Positions 56,995 through 64,000 of a DNA stretch of 64,000 nt are shown piece after piece. The DNA is from a virus (Duplodnaviria > Caudoviricetes). Position 1 is the stretch's first letter, and every line of letters starts with the position of its first letter. The notes under the pieces are model-generated. The model made no database searches. It was not told where the DNA came from and saw only the letters and a list, made by a program, of their open reading frames with translations. A program made the translations under genes and the position numbers. The stretch lies in IMG/VR virus record IMGVR_UViG_2929042913_000010, positions 2,344 to 66,343 of that record. One strand, 5' to 3'.

Positions 56995-57912
56995 ATGAGT
57001 ACAACTAAAAAAGAAAAACACACTGGCGCGGTTGAACTTGTAGAGCAAACAGAAGCAAACGAAAAGACCTGTTTTATAATAATGCCTATTGCAGATCACC
57101 CTGACTATGAAAAGGGGCACTTTAAGCGGGTTTATGATTACTTGATAAAACCCGCCTGCGAAGCTGCTGGCTATAAGGCTGTTAGAGCAGACGATAGTAA
57201 AGCTTCCCATATGATCATGTTTGATATTCTCAAAAAAATAGTTGAATGTGATATGGCTATTTGTGATTTAACAACTAAGAATGCTAATGTATTTTATGAG
57301 TTGGGATTAAGGCAAGCTTTTAATAAAAAAACCATTTTAATTACTGATGGGAAAGAAAAAGCGCCATTTGATATATCTGGATTTCGTTACGTTGAATACT
57401 CGTCATCTCTGAGAATAGATGAGGTTAACAATGATATTGTAAAAATGGCGGATATGTTAATAGAAACTGAATCAGCATCTGATGATATTAACTCTATTGT
57501 TAAGCTATTGGAAATAAAGCCTGCAAAACTTGAGCCAAAAGAATTGAATAATGAAGAGTCGATGTTGTTTAAGATGATAATGAGCTTAAATAAAAAAATA
57601 GACACATTATCTAACAATACAAATGAAATGGATGATTTAAAATATAATAACATGAAATTAAGTCCAATTGCTTATAACCTATCGTTGGATAAAATTTATA
57701 ATTCGGAAGTTAAAGACTTTAACAGACACAAATATAGCATTTCTGGTAAAATGTTAGGAGAATTAATAGAAATAAATGATAATGAAATCAGGTTCACTAA
57801 TGATGAAATTATCAATACAATTCAAAATAGCACCGAAGCTAGACGAGCCATAATGGCAACACCGAAACTCCCCATTGGAGTAACGAAAGCCACAAGAATC
57901 GGAAAGAGATGA
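56995..57912 (+). CDS. Nucleoside 2-deoxyribosyltransferase (NDT)-like domain protein
   Basis: CFIIMP...IKPACE..GY.AVRADD...CDMAICDLTTKNANVFYELG...PFDI. Confidence 0.8.
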   Translation: MSTTKKEKHTGAVELVEQTEANEKTCFIIMPIADHPDYEKGHFKRVYDYLIKPACEAAGYKAVRADDSKASHMIMFDILKKIVECDMAICDLTTKNANVFYELGLRQAFNKKTILITDGKEKAPFDISGFRYVEYSSSLRIDEVNNDIVKMADMLIETESASDDINSIVKLLEIKPAKLEPKELNNEESMLFKMIMSLNKKIDTLSNNTNEMDDLKYNNMKLSPIAYNLSLDKIYNSEVKDFNRHKYSISGKMLGELIEINDNEIRFTNDEIINTIQNSTEARRAIMATPKLPIGVTKATRIGKR

Positions 57913-57942
57913 TTCTATTACCAATGATAGGTTGATATTGCA

Positions 57943-58986
57943 ATGTCAATAACCAAACAACCCGATGGGCGCTGGCGCTTAGATTTTTACCCTGAAGGCA
58001 AAAAAAATGGGAAAGGTAAGCGCATTCGCATAACAAGGGCAACAAAGGGAGAATTGATTGCTTACGAACGTTATATTTTAGATAACGTTGATAATCAACC
58101 TTGGCTAGGTGATAAAGAAGATAGGCGTAAACTCAGCGAGTTAATAGAGACTTGGTATAATTCCCACGGTGTCACGATTGATGATGGTAGTAAAAGAAAG
58201 TCAGCGATGCTGTATGCTACTGATTGCATGGGATCGCCGTTAGCTTCTGAGTTTTCAGCTAAGTTATTTTCATCATATAGAGAAAAACGTATTTCTGGAA
58301 AACTTAAGCGTACTGAACGTTTAGATAAAGTTTCGCCAAGAACGATGAATTTAGAACTCGCTTATTTTCGGGCTATGTTTAATGAGTTAAAGCGCTTAGG
58401 GGAATGGAAGCATGAAAACCCTGTTGAGTCGATTCGCTCATTTAAGACCGAAGAAACCGAAATGGCTTTTTTAACTCTTGATGAAATTAACTTGTTACTT
58501 GAAGAATGCGCGAATAGCTCAAACAAGCATTTATTGACTGTTGTTAAAATTTGTTTATCGACAGGTGCCCGTTGGTCAGAAGCTGAATCTTTAAGAGGTT
58601 CTAACGTTAGTAAGTTTCGGATCACTTATACAAATACGAAAGGTAATAGAAATAGAACAGTTCCGATAAGCGAAGAACTCTATAACCTAGTTGTAGGAAA
58701 AAAGACAAGAGGGGCTTTATTTACTTCTTGTTATTCAGCGTTCCGCTCCGCTTTAAAAAGAACAAAAATAGTATTGCCTGATGGTCAAATGTCACACGTT
58801 TTACGCCATACCTTTGCATCACATTTTATGATGAACGGTGGCAATATATTAGTACTCCAAAGGGTACTGGGTCATACTGACATCAAAATGACAATGCGTT
58901 ATGCACATTTTGCACCCGACCATTTAGAAGAAGCAGTTAAATTAAATCCGTTGGTTATAAAAAATGAAAAAACTCTTACCAATTAG
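57943..58986 (+). CDS. int: Tyrosine integrase
   Basis: GARWSE, HVLRHTFASHF, LGH and RYAH motifs. Confidence 0.96.
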   Translation: MSITKQPDGRWRLDFYPEGKKNGKGKRIRITRATKGELIAYERYILDNVDNQPWLGDKEDRRKLSELIETWYNSHGVTIDDGSKRKSAMLYATDCMGSPLASEFSAKLFSSYREKRISGKLKRTERLDKVSPRTMNLELAYFRAMFNELKRLGEWKHENPVESIRSFKTEETEMAFLTLDEINLLLEECANSSNKHLLTVVKICLSTGARWSEAESLRGSNVSKFRITYTNTKGNRNRTVPISEELYNLVVGKKTRGALFTSCYSAFRSALKRTKIVLPDGQMSHVLRHTFASHFMMNGGNILVLQRVLGHTDIKMTMRYAHFAPDHLEEAVKLNPLVIKNEKTLTN

Positions 58987-59908
58987 TTTGATATGTTTAA
59001 TTTTTATCGTTTTTTTAGTTAGTGTTTTTATTATTATTATATTTATCAAAACCTTTTGGGGTAATGGTATTTCTGCACAAATGGAGTCTTGGGGGTACTT
59101 TGGCTCATTTATAGCTGGAATGTTTGGGTTGCTAAGTGTAGCGATGCTTTCAGGAACTCTATACTATAGTATAAGACAAGTTCAGCAAGTGCAAACTGAC
59201 AATATAAGACAACGTCGTTTAATTAAAATACAAATTAAGCAAGTTCAAATAGATAGCGTAAGACAACGTCGTTTAATTAGAAGACAAATTCAGCAAGTTG
59301 AAACAGATAACGTAAGGCAACGTAATTTAATTAGAAAGCAAAACAAATTGATAGCTGAGCAAGTTGAATTAGTAAAAAATGAAAATGATAAACAAAGTAA
59401 TAATTATGCTAAAGATAATAAAGTAAATAAAATTAATGTATTAATAGATGCACTGCTTCATAATCTAAAAAGTGACCATGTTATAAATAAAATTAAGGGA
59501 AATGATACATGGTTTATTAATTATATAAATAAATTAAATATTAAGTTCAAATATGGTGATTATGAAAATGTTATCAAAATGACTAAAACTCTTGGTATTC
59601 AATTTAATGAAGGGACTAAATTGATGATGGATGAGATTTTGGAGCTAATCCTTGATGAGAAAGATGAAAATTTTTCCGATGATCTTGAATTTATTTTATA
59701 TGCTAGAGTTGATTCTACTATCTTACTTTGGTTAGTTGCATATATGTATACGCTTCGTAAAGATAAGTGGCTTGCCAGACAGTTTTATATGGTTAGTTCC
59801 ACTAGCGGTAAAAGGGGCAAGCTCTCATTTTTATTTACATTACCTGAAAAGTATAAGCATAAGGACTACACTTTCATGTCAAAGCTTGAATATCTTCCGG
59901 TGGAATAA
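58964..59908 (+). CDS. Accessory two-TM membrane protein with 18-aa tandem repeats
   Basis: TM-WGYFGSFIAGMFG-TM, then Q/R-rich repeats and a soluble C-terminal domain; AT-rich. Confidence 0.75.
   Translation: MKKLLPISLICLIFIVFLVSVFIIIIFIKTFWGNGISAQMESWGYFGSFIAGMFGLLSVAMLSGTLYYSIRQVQQVQTDNIRQRRLIKIQIKQVQIDSVRQRRLIRRQIQQVETDNVRQRNLIRKQNKLIAEQVELVKNENDKQSNNYAKDNKVNKINVLIDALLHNLKSDHVINKIKGNDTWFINYINKLNIKFKYGDYENVIKMTKTLGIQFNEGTKLMMDEILELILDEKDENFSDDLEFILYARVDSTILLWLVAYMYTLRKDKWLARQFYMVSSTSGKRGKLSFLFTLPEKYKHKDYTFMSKLEYLPVE
59183..59344 (+). repeat. Three imperfect 54-bp in-frame tandem repeats
   Basis: QQVQTDNIRQRRLIKIQI / KQVQIDSVRQRRLIRRQI / QQVETDNVRQRNLIRKQN. Confidence 0.85.
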
Positions 59909-60020
59909 TTGCCCCTTTTGTGCCCCTTCAAGTTATGAATTCTTAATGTTATTTAATACTATCTGCGTTTTAACTTTTTGATTTTATTGTAACTTGTTGT
60001 TTTTGCTCGCGCTATCAGAT

Positions 60021-60072
60021 TACTCATAATCGATTGGTCGCTGGTTCAAGTCCAGCAGGGGTCACCAAATTT
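60021..60072 (+). repeat. att core (3' half of tRNA CAU); right end of prophage 2
   Basis: Direct repeat of 28159..28210 with a single C>T change (GGGGTCACCA). Confidence 0.93.
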
Positions 60073-60075
60073 ATC

Positions 60076-60115
60076 AAGGAGTTAGGTGTTAATCATCTAA
60101 CTCCTTTTTATTTTT
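60076..60115 (+). terminator. Intrinsic terminator after the second att, overlapping an IHF consensus
   Basis: AAGGAGTTAG...CTAACTCCTT followed by a T-rich tail; TATCAAGGAGTTA at 60072-60084. Confidence 0.7.
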
Positions 60116-60125
60116 ACCTGATTTC

Positions 60126-60164
60126 GGGTCAGGTAATGGGTCAGGTAAGATTTTGGGTCAGAAT
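60126..60164. repeat. GGGTCAG(GTAA) direct repeats, probable integrase arm sites
   Basis: Copies at 60126, 60138 and 60155. Confidence 0.6.
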
Positions 60165-60176
60165 GGCTCAAGTTAC

Positions 60177-60650
60177 CTAATTCAACACATCCATGCTGAC
60201 CTCTTCATCAGACATGATACGATTGGTTTCGTCTTCCCTAGAAATTATCAGTACACCTGTATCATTTTTGGATAAATTGACAATGCCAGTATTGTAATCC
60301 AAATAAATGTATTGGCTTTTATTCGTTTTTGTATTGACGACCCAATAGTCATTGATAAATTCTACACCATACTGTGGATCAGTCAGTACAGTATCGTCAG
60401 TAATTAGTAGAGTGTGATCATTCAGTTTATCGATCAAGCGTGCGTTATGGGGAACGGGTTTAGTGTGGACGCCTAATGCGTCGATATTTAATGGGTTGAG
60501 ATATATCACGGTATTCGCGAAGACATTAAAAGATATCAGTGCACTGATTATCAGTAACATGATTTTTTTCATTTTAACCTCATTATTGTGAATGTTTAAC
60601 TCACAACCTAACTGGCTGTGAGTCTTCGGTTTTAACATTTTAAATATCAA
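60177..60650 (-). CDS. Hypothetical exported protein (likely start at MKKIML)
   Basis: Sec-type signal MKKIMLLIISALISFNVFA. Confidence 0.6.
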   Translation of the reverse strand: MIFKMLKPKTHSQLGCELNIHNNEVKMKKIMLLIISALISFNVFANTVIYLNPLNIDALGVHTKPVPHNARLIDKLNDHTLLITDDTVLTDPQYGVEFINDYWVVNTKTNKSQYIYLDYNTGIVNLSKNDTGVLIISREDETNRIMSDEEVSMDVLN

Positions 60651-61018
60651 TTTCTACGCATATCGTTAGGAAAGCAGTGAAATTGATCTTGCCGTTCAAC
60701 GCGTTCTGCTTTTATCCAGCCTATTTTATCCGACTCTACTAAATTGCCATATGGAGTGACAGCCTGATAAAGCTGAACCCATATATTATCAGCCGTACTT
60801 TTGGTGGCCCAAAAGTACTCGGGTGATAAAGGCTTTTGGTAGAAAGTAAAGGAAGGGCTATTTGGGTACTCATAAACGGTGATCGGGCTTTTAGGTTCGT
60901 TGATAAAAGACACGCACTCACGATCACCGAGTACAGCAGAAATCTTGAGGGCAATACTTATGATCCCTAGCAGTGAGAGCCCAATAGGCAGCATTTTATC
61001 GATATTGTGTGAAAACAT
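60647..61018 (-). CDS. Hypothetical membrane-anchored protein, possibly SH3b-like
   Basis: N-terminal TM; VYEYP...WVQL...IGWIKA pattern. Confidence 0.55.
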   Translation of the reverse strand: MFSHNIDKMLPIGLSLLGIISIALKISAVLGDRECVSFINEPKSPITVYEYPNSPSFTFYQKPLSPEYFWATKSTADNIWVQLYQAVTPYGNLVESDKIGWIKAERVERQDQFHCFPNDMRRN

Positions 61019-61079
61019 TAGACAATGATCTCAATACGTTTAACCAATATTCTTTGACGGATGACAAGGCTTCTCATGG

Positions 61080-61541
61080 CTACTTACCTTGAGCCGTTAA
61101 GAAGTAATGGCGAATTTTTTTATGGCTCCAATATCCACCGCCAATCGCAATCAATACCTCGATGAAAAGAGTGATGATTGCACCGTTTCTACTGAAAAAA
61201 TAAATGGATCTTAAACTTGGCATCAGCAGCGTACAGGTGATGACTAGGCCGATGATGATGGATAATGTCGTGCTGGCTAGGCGGGGGCTAAGGCGAAAGG
61301 TATAGTGGATATTGCGAAATGCACACACCACCCACAGCAGCAATTGAGCGAGGCATTGAGGGACAGTCAGTGCAAGCACATAAAGTATGAGGTAGAACAG
61401 TGGGATGGCGAAGGGGCTTAGGACTAGCCCCTCAAGATTAAAATGTGTGGCAAGTATTATGGTGAGTATGAAACACAGAATGAGGGTAATAATTAATGCA
61501 ATGCGTTCAAGACCTAGGCGAAGGTGGGTGAGGGTATTCAT
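61080..61541 (-). CDS. Hypothetical multi-TM membrane protein
   Basis: About four hydrophobic segments; AGGAG RBS. Confidence 0.65.
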   Translation of the reverse strand: MNTLTHLRLGLERIALIITLILCFILTIILATHFNLEGLVLSPFAIPLFYLILYVLALTVPQCLAQLLLWVVCAFRNIHYTFRLSPRLASTTLSIIIGLVITCTLLMPSLRSIYFFSRNGAIITLFIEVLIAIGGGYWSHKKIRHYFLTAQGK

Positions 61542-61559
61542 TCGATATCTCCTGTTGAT

Positions 61560-61730
61560 TTAAGCTTGCTGAAATTCTTGAATCGGCTCTTGTGACGGAA
61601 TGTGCCACTCATAACCACAATCACGGCACATCCAGCCCGTTCCCCATGGAATGATGTCTTTATCTGAATGGCAATGTGGACAATCGGTAGGGAGTGAAAG
61701 GGGAGTAGACAAAATTGAATGATGTGGCAT
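61560..61730 (-). CDS. 56-aa zinc-ribbon protein, not in ORF track
   Basis: CPHC...WMCRDCGYEW; starts just after the WYL regulator stop. Confidence 0.6.
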   Translation of the reverse strand: MPHHSILSTPLSLPTDCPHCHSDKDIIPWGTGWMCRDCGYEWHIPSQEPIQEFQQA

Positions 61731-61734
61731 GGGA

Positions 61735-62433
61735 TTATCCTTCTGTTGTTGAAATGAGGGGCATCAGCAATTGCGATATCAATCGAAAATGCGGTAACGC
61801 AGCGATAAAGCTATTTTGTTGCGAAAGTTGGTTGATGTCTTTTTGGGGAATAAATGTGCTGACTAGCGGTTTAACGGATTGAATGTCTTCCAGAAGAAAT
61901 ACATGGACTTGCTGGTGGTATGCTGCGAGCAGATACCATTGTCCTTCTCGGTAAATTAATTGATAAGGGCATAATGGATGAAAGCGGCGTTCAGCGGTCA
62001 GTAAGGTAATGTGCTGATAGCCTATGATGGCATAGACTAATTGGTAAAAATGCTCGGCATGCTCCGCTGAAGTTCGGTGAGCATGATGCCAAATTAAACA
62101 AGGTGCATGTTGGCGTTGGGATAACAGCAAATTGAGTAAACGACTGTCTAGGCCCGGGAAAAGCCGCGTCATGCCCATTTGCTTGACGAACGTGAGAACA
62201 TCTTTATTGCGATACGCTTTTAGCGTATTGAGTGGCAGGCGGTAAACCCCTTGCCGACCTTCTACACCCAAATAAGCTAAGCGTTTACGTAAATCCCGTT
62301 GTAACGTGCGTTCAGAAACATTGAACTCTTGAGCTAAACATGAGAGCACAAGGCTTTCTCCTGCCATTAAGCGGGCAATCAGCGCAGAGAGCCGCACAGC
62401 CATGCGGTCATATTTTCGGTTGGTCTGAAACAT
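61735..62433 (-). CDS. HTH-WYL transcriptional regulator (YfjR-like)
   Basis: LAQEFNVSERTLQRDL wHTH; PYQLIYREGQWYLLA WYL motif. Confidence 0.85.
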   Translation of the reverse strand: MFQTNRKYDRMAVRLSALIARLMAGESLVLSCLAQEFNVSERTLQRDLRKRLAYLGVEGRQGVYRLPLNTLKAYRNKDVLTFVKQMGMTRLFPGLDSRLLNLLLSQRQHAPCLIWHHAHRTSAEHAEHFYQLVYAIIGYQHITLLTAERRFHPLCPYQLIYREGQWYLLAAYHQQVHVFLLEDIQSVKPLVSTFIPQKDINQLSQQNSFIAALPHFRLISQLLMPLISTTEG

Positions 62434-62498
62434 AACGTATTGCTCTCAATAACAGACAGTTAGAAATTATAGGGATAAGGGAGTTTAACTTAGGGAGT

Positions 62499-62634
62499 TG
62501 ACAGGTTGTGTCTGTTGGGAAAAATTCTCATTGGGCTTTTTAGTGAAAAATCACTATAAGTAATTCATTGATAAATAACGTGATGGTGTTTATTTGAACA
62601 ATAAGAAAGCAACGCGCAACGACACACCCTGTCA
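62499..62634. promoter_or_regulatory. Pair of inverted GACA-N5-TGTC sites, putative WYL-regulator operators
   Basis: TGACAGGTTGTGTC at 62499-62512 and GACACACCCTGTCA at 62621-62634 are reverse complements with one mismatch. Confidence 0.55.
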
Positions 62635-62849
62635 GGGCGGGAAAATTAGTTGGGTTGGCGAGGGGCGAGTTGGTTAAATAAGGTATCCGCCATCACCCAC
62701 AGGGCTTTATTGAGTTTGATATCGCCATCAATACCATTAACTGAACGAGTGCGAGCGTGTTTACCTTTTGCAGTGCGGCCTGATATGATCTGCTTTAATC
62801 AAACAGGACACTTTAATAATGGAATATAATCCAATTATTGAGGTGTTAA

Positions 62850-63137
62850 ATGAAAAAACGAACAAACAGGTTTTACACTACTGAGTTTAAGCAAGAAGCG
62901 GTCGCATTAGTCACCGAACAAGGTTATAGCGTCCCAAAAGCGGCAGCTTCATTAGGGATCACCGATAAATTACTTTATAACTGGAAAGCAAAATTCGATG
63001 CTGAACAATCCGGTAGCAGCTTGAATGCCGATGAGAGAGCTGAGCTATTAAGGCTTCGAAAAGAAAATAAAGAACTTAGGATGGAGAAAGAGATCCTAAA
63101 AAAAGCCAGCGCCCTCCTGCTAAAGGAAACCAAGTAG
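62850..63137 (+). CDS. IS3 transposase OrfA
   Basis: Same translation as 50282..50569; A7G slippery site at 63098-63105. Confidence 0.92.
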   Translation: MKKRTNRFYTTEFKQEAVALVTEQGYSVPKAAASLGITDKLLYNWKAKFDAEQSGSSLNADERAELLRLRKENKELRMEKEILKKASALLLKETK

Positions 63138-63175
63138 CGTTTAAAACGATTAAGCAATTATCTTCACAGTTTCCC

Positions 63176-64000
63176 GTGCTGAAGCTCTGCAAGTTAATGA
63201 AAATAAGTCGTTCTGCCTACTATGCTTGGCTTAAACGCCCAGCAAAATTGATCACCGCAGAACAACTTAGCCTGTACCGCAGAGCCAAAGCTATCTTTGA
63301 ACAGAGTCGAAATAGCTTAGGTTATAGAACGTTACGTAAACGGTTATGCAAAGAGGGCTTTAGCGTGAGTGCTTATGGCGTTCAAAAGCTAATGGCTCAG
63401 CTTGGCCTAGTCGTCACTCAGCGCGTTGCTTACAAAGTCACCACAAAACGCAAACACAGTGATGCCGTAGCCGATAATTTGCTCAATCAAAATTTTAATC
63501 CTCACGCACCTAACGAAGTGTGGGCGGGTGATGTGACCTATTTAAAAACAGGGGAAGGCTGGATGTATTTAGCCATCGTGATGGACTTATACTCACGCCG
63601 TATTGTGGGTTGGCATATCGATAAACGAATGACGGCAGATTTAGTCAGTAAAGCCTTGATGAAAGCGTATAACTTACGCCAGCCCGAAAAAGGCTTAGTC
63701 TTTCATAGTGATAGAGGCTCTCAATATACGAGTAAGCGATATCGCCGCTTGCTAACAAGCTATGGTATTAGGGCAAGCATGGGTGATGTTGGAGCCTGTT
63801 GGGATAACGCCGTTGTAGAACGATTTTTTGGCAGTTTAAAACACGATTGGGTACTGAAAATCCCTCAGCCGACTCGGAAACAGATGAAAGAAGATGTTAT
63901 CGCGTATATGCGCTATTACAACCTAGAAAGGTTTCATACTGCCAACGGTGATCTGTCCCCAATTGAGTATGAACAAAATTCCTTAAGAAAAGTGTCCTGA
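63176..64000 (+). CDS. IS3 transposase OrfB (DDE)
   Basis: Same translation as 49419..50243; frame open from the slippery site. Confidence 0.93.
   Translation: MLKLCKLMKISRSAYYAWLKRPAKLITAEQLSLYRRAKAIFEQSRNSLGYRTLRKRLCKEGFSVSAYGVQKLMAQLGLVVTQRVAYKVTTKRKHSDAVADNLLNQNFNPHAPNEVWAGDVTYLKTGEGWMYLAIVMDLYSRRIVGWHIDKRMTADLVSKALMKAYNLRQPEKGLVFHSDRGSQYTSKRYRRLLTSYGIRASMGDVGACWDNAVVERFFGSLKHDWVLKIPQPTRKQMKEDVIAYMRYYNLERFHTANGDLSPIEYEQNSLRKVS

Larger units (their letters stand above)
28159..60072. mobile_element. Prophage 2, HP1/186/P2-like; complete between att repeats but with a disrupted portal
   Basis: Flanked by 52-bp direct repeats with one mismatch; full gene set. Confidence 0.95.
60073..64000. 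mobile_element. Left end of a third tRNA-linked genomic island (CP4-like)
   Basis: IHF site and three GGGTCAG repeats after att, YfjR-like WYL regulator, hypothetical genes and an IS; no housekeeping genes; integrase not in window. Confidence 0.55.
62786..64000 (+). mobile_element. IS3-family element, second copy (right IR cut by window edge)
   Basis: Starts TGATCTGCTTTAATC; ORFs translate identically to the 49402..50633 copy. Confidence 0.95.

Noticed and set aside
59183-59344. CRISPR array
   Set aside because: Contiguous in-frame coding repeats without spacers; no cas genes in the window.
1-60072. The two prophages as an assembly duplication of one phage
   Set aside because: Head, lysis, immunity, integrase and accessory genes are clearly different, and SNPs are scattered through the similar parts.

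Overview
This window is a tandem stack of integrated elements at the 3' end of a tRNA-Ile2/Met(CAU) gene; the intact tRNA is not in the window and should lie to its left. Prophage 1 (<1..28210) and prophage 2 (28159..60072) are HP1/186/P2-like temperate myoviruses with the same gene order: tail, lysis, head, terminase, portal, ogr, LexA-controlled tum, rolling-circle rep, cII, apl, cI, accessory genes, int, accessory gene, att. Their tail genes are near-identical at an offset of 31,204 bp. Their lysis, head, immunity, integrase and accessory modules differ. An IS3-family element interrupts the portal gene of prophage 2. After the second att copy a third island begins, with arm repeats, a WYL regulator and a second copy of the IS. 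The host is probably an AT-rich enterobacterium (Providencia/Morganellaceae-like; inference only). Main leads: (i) stand-alone WYL-like genes between cI and int in both prophages, paired in prophage 2 (WYL-BRCT) with an NDT-like enzyme, a candidate anti-phage sensor-effector system; (ii) a 64-nt non-coding hairpin downstream of the small terminase with several compensatory base changes; (iii) a recurrent GTGACATGTCAC palindrome; (iv) several AT-rich membrane morons. All protein assignments come from recognised motifs and synteny; no database searches were run.
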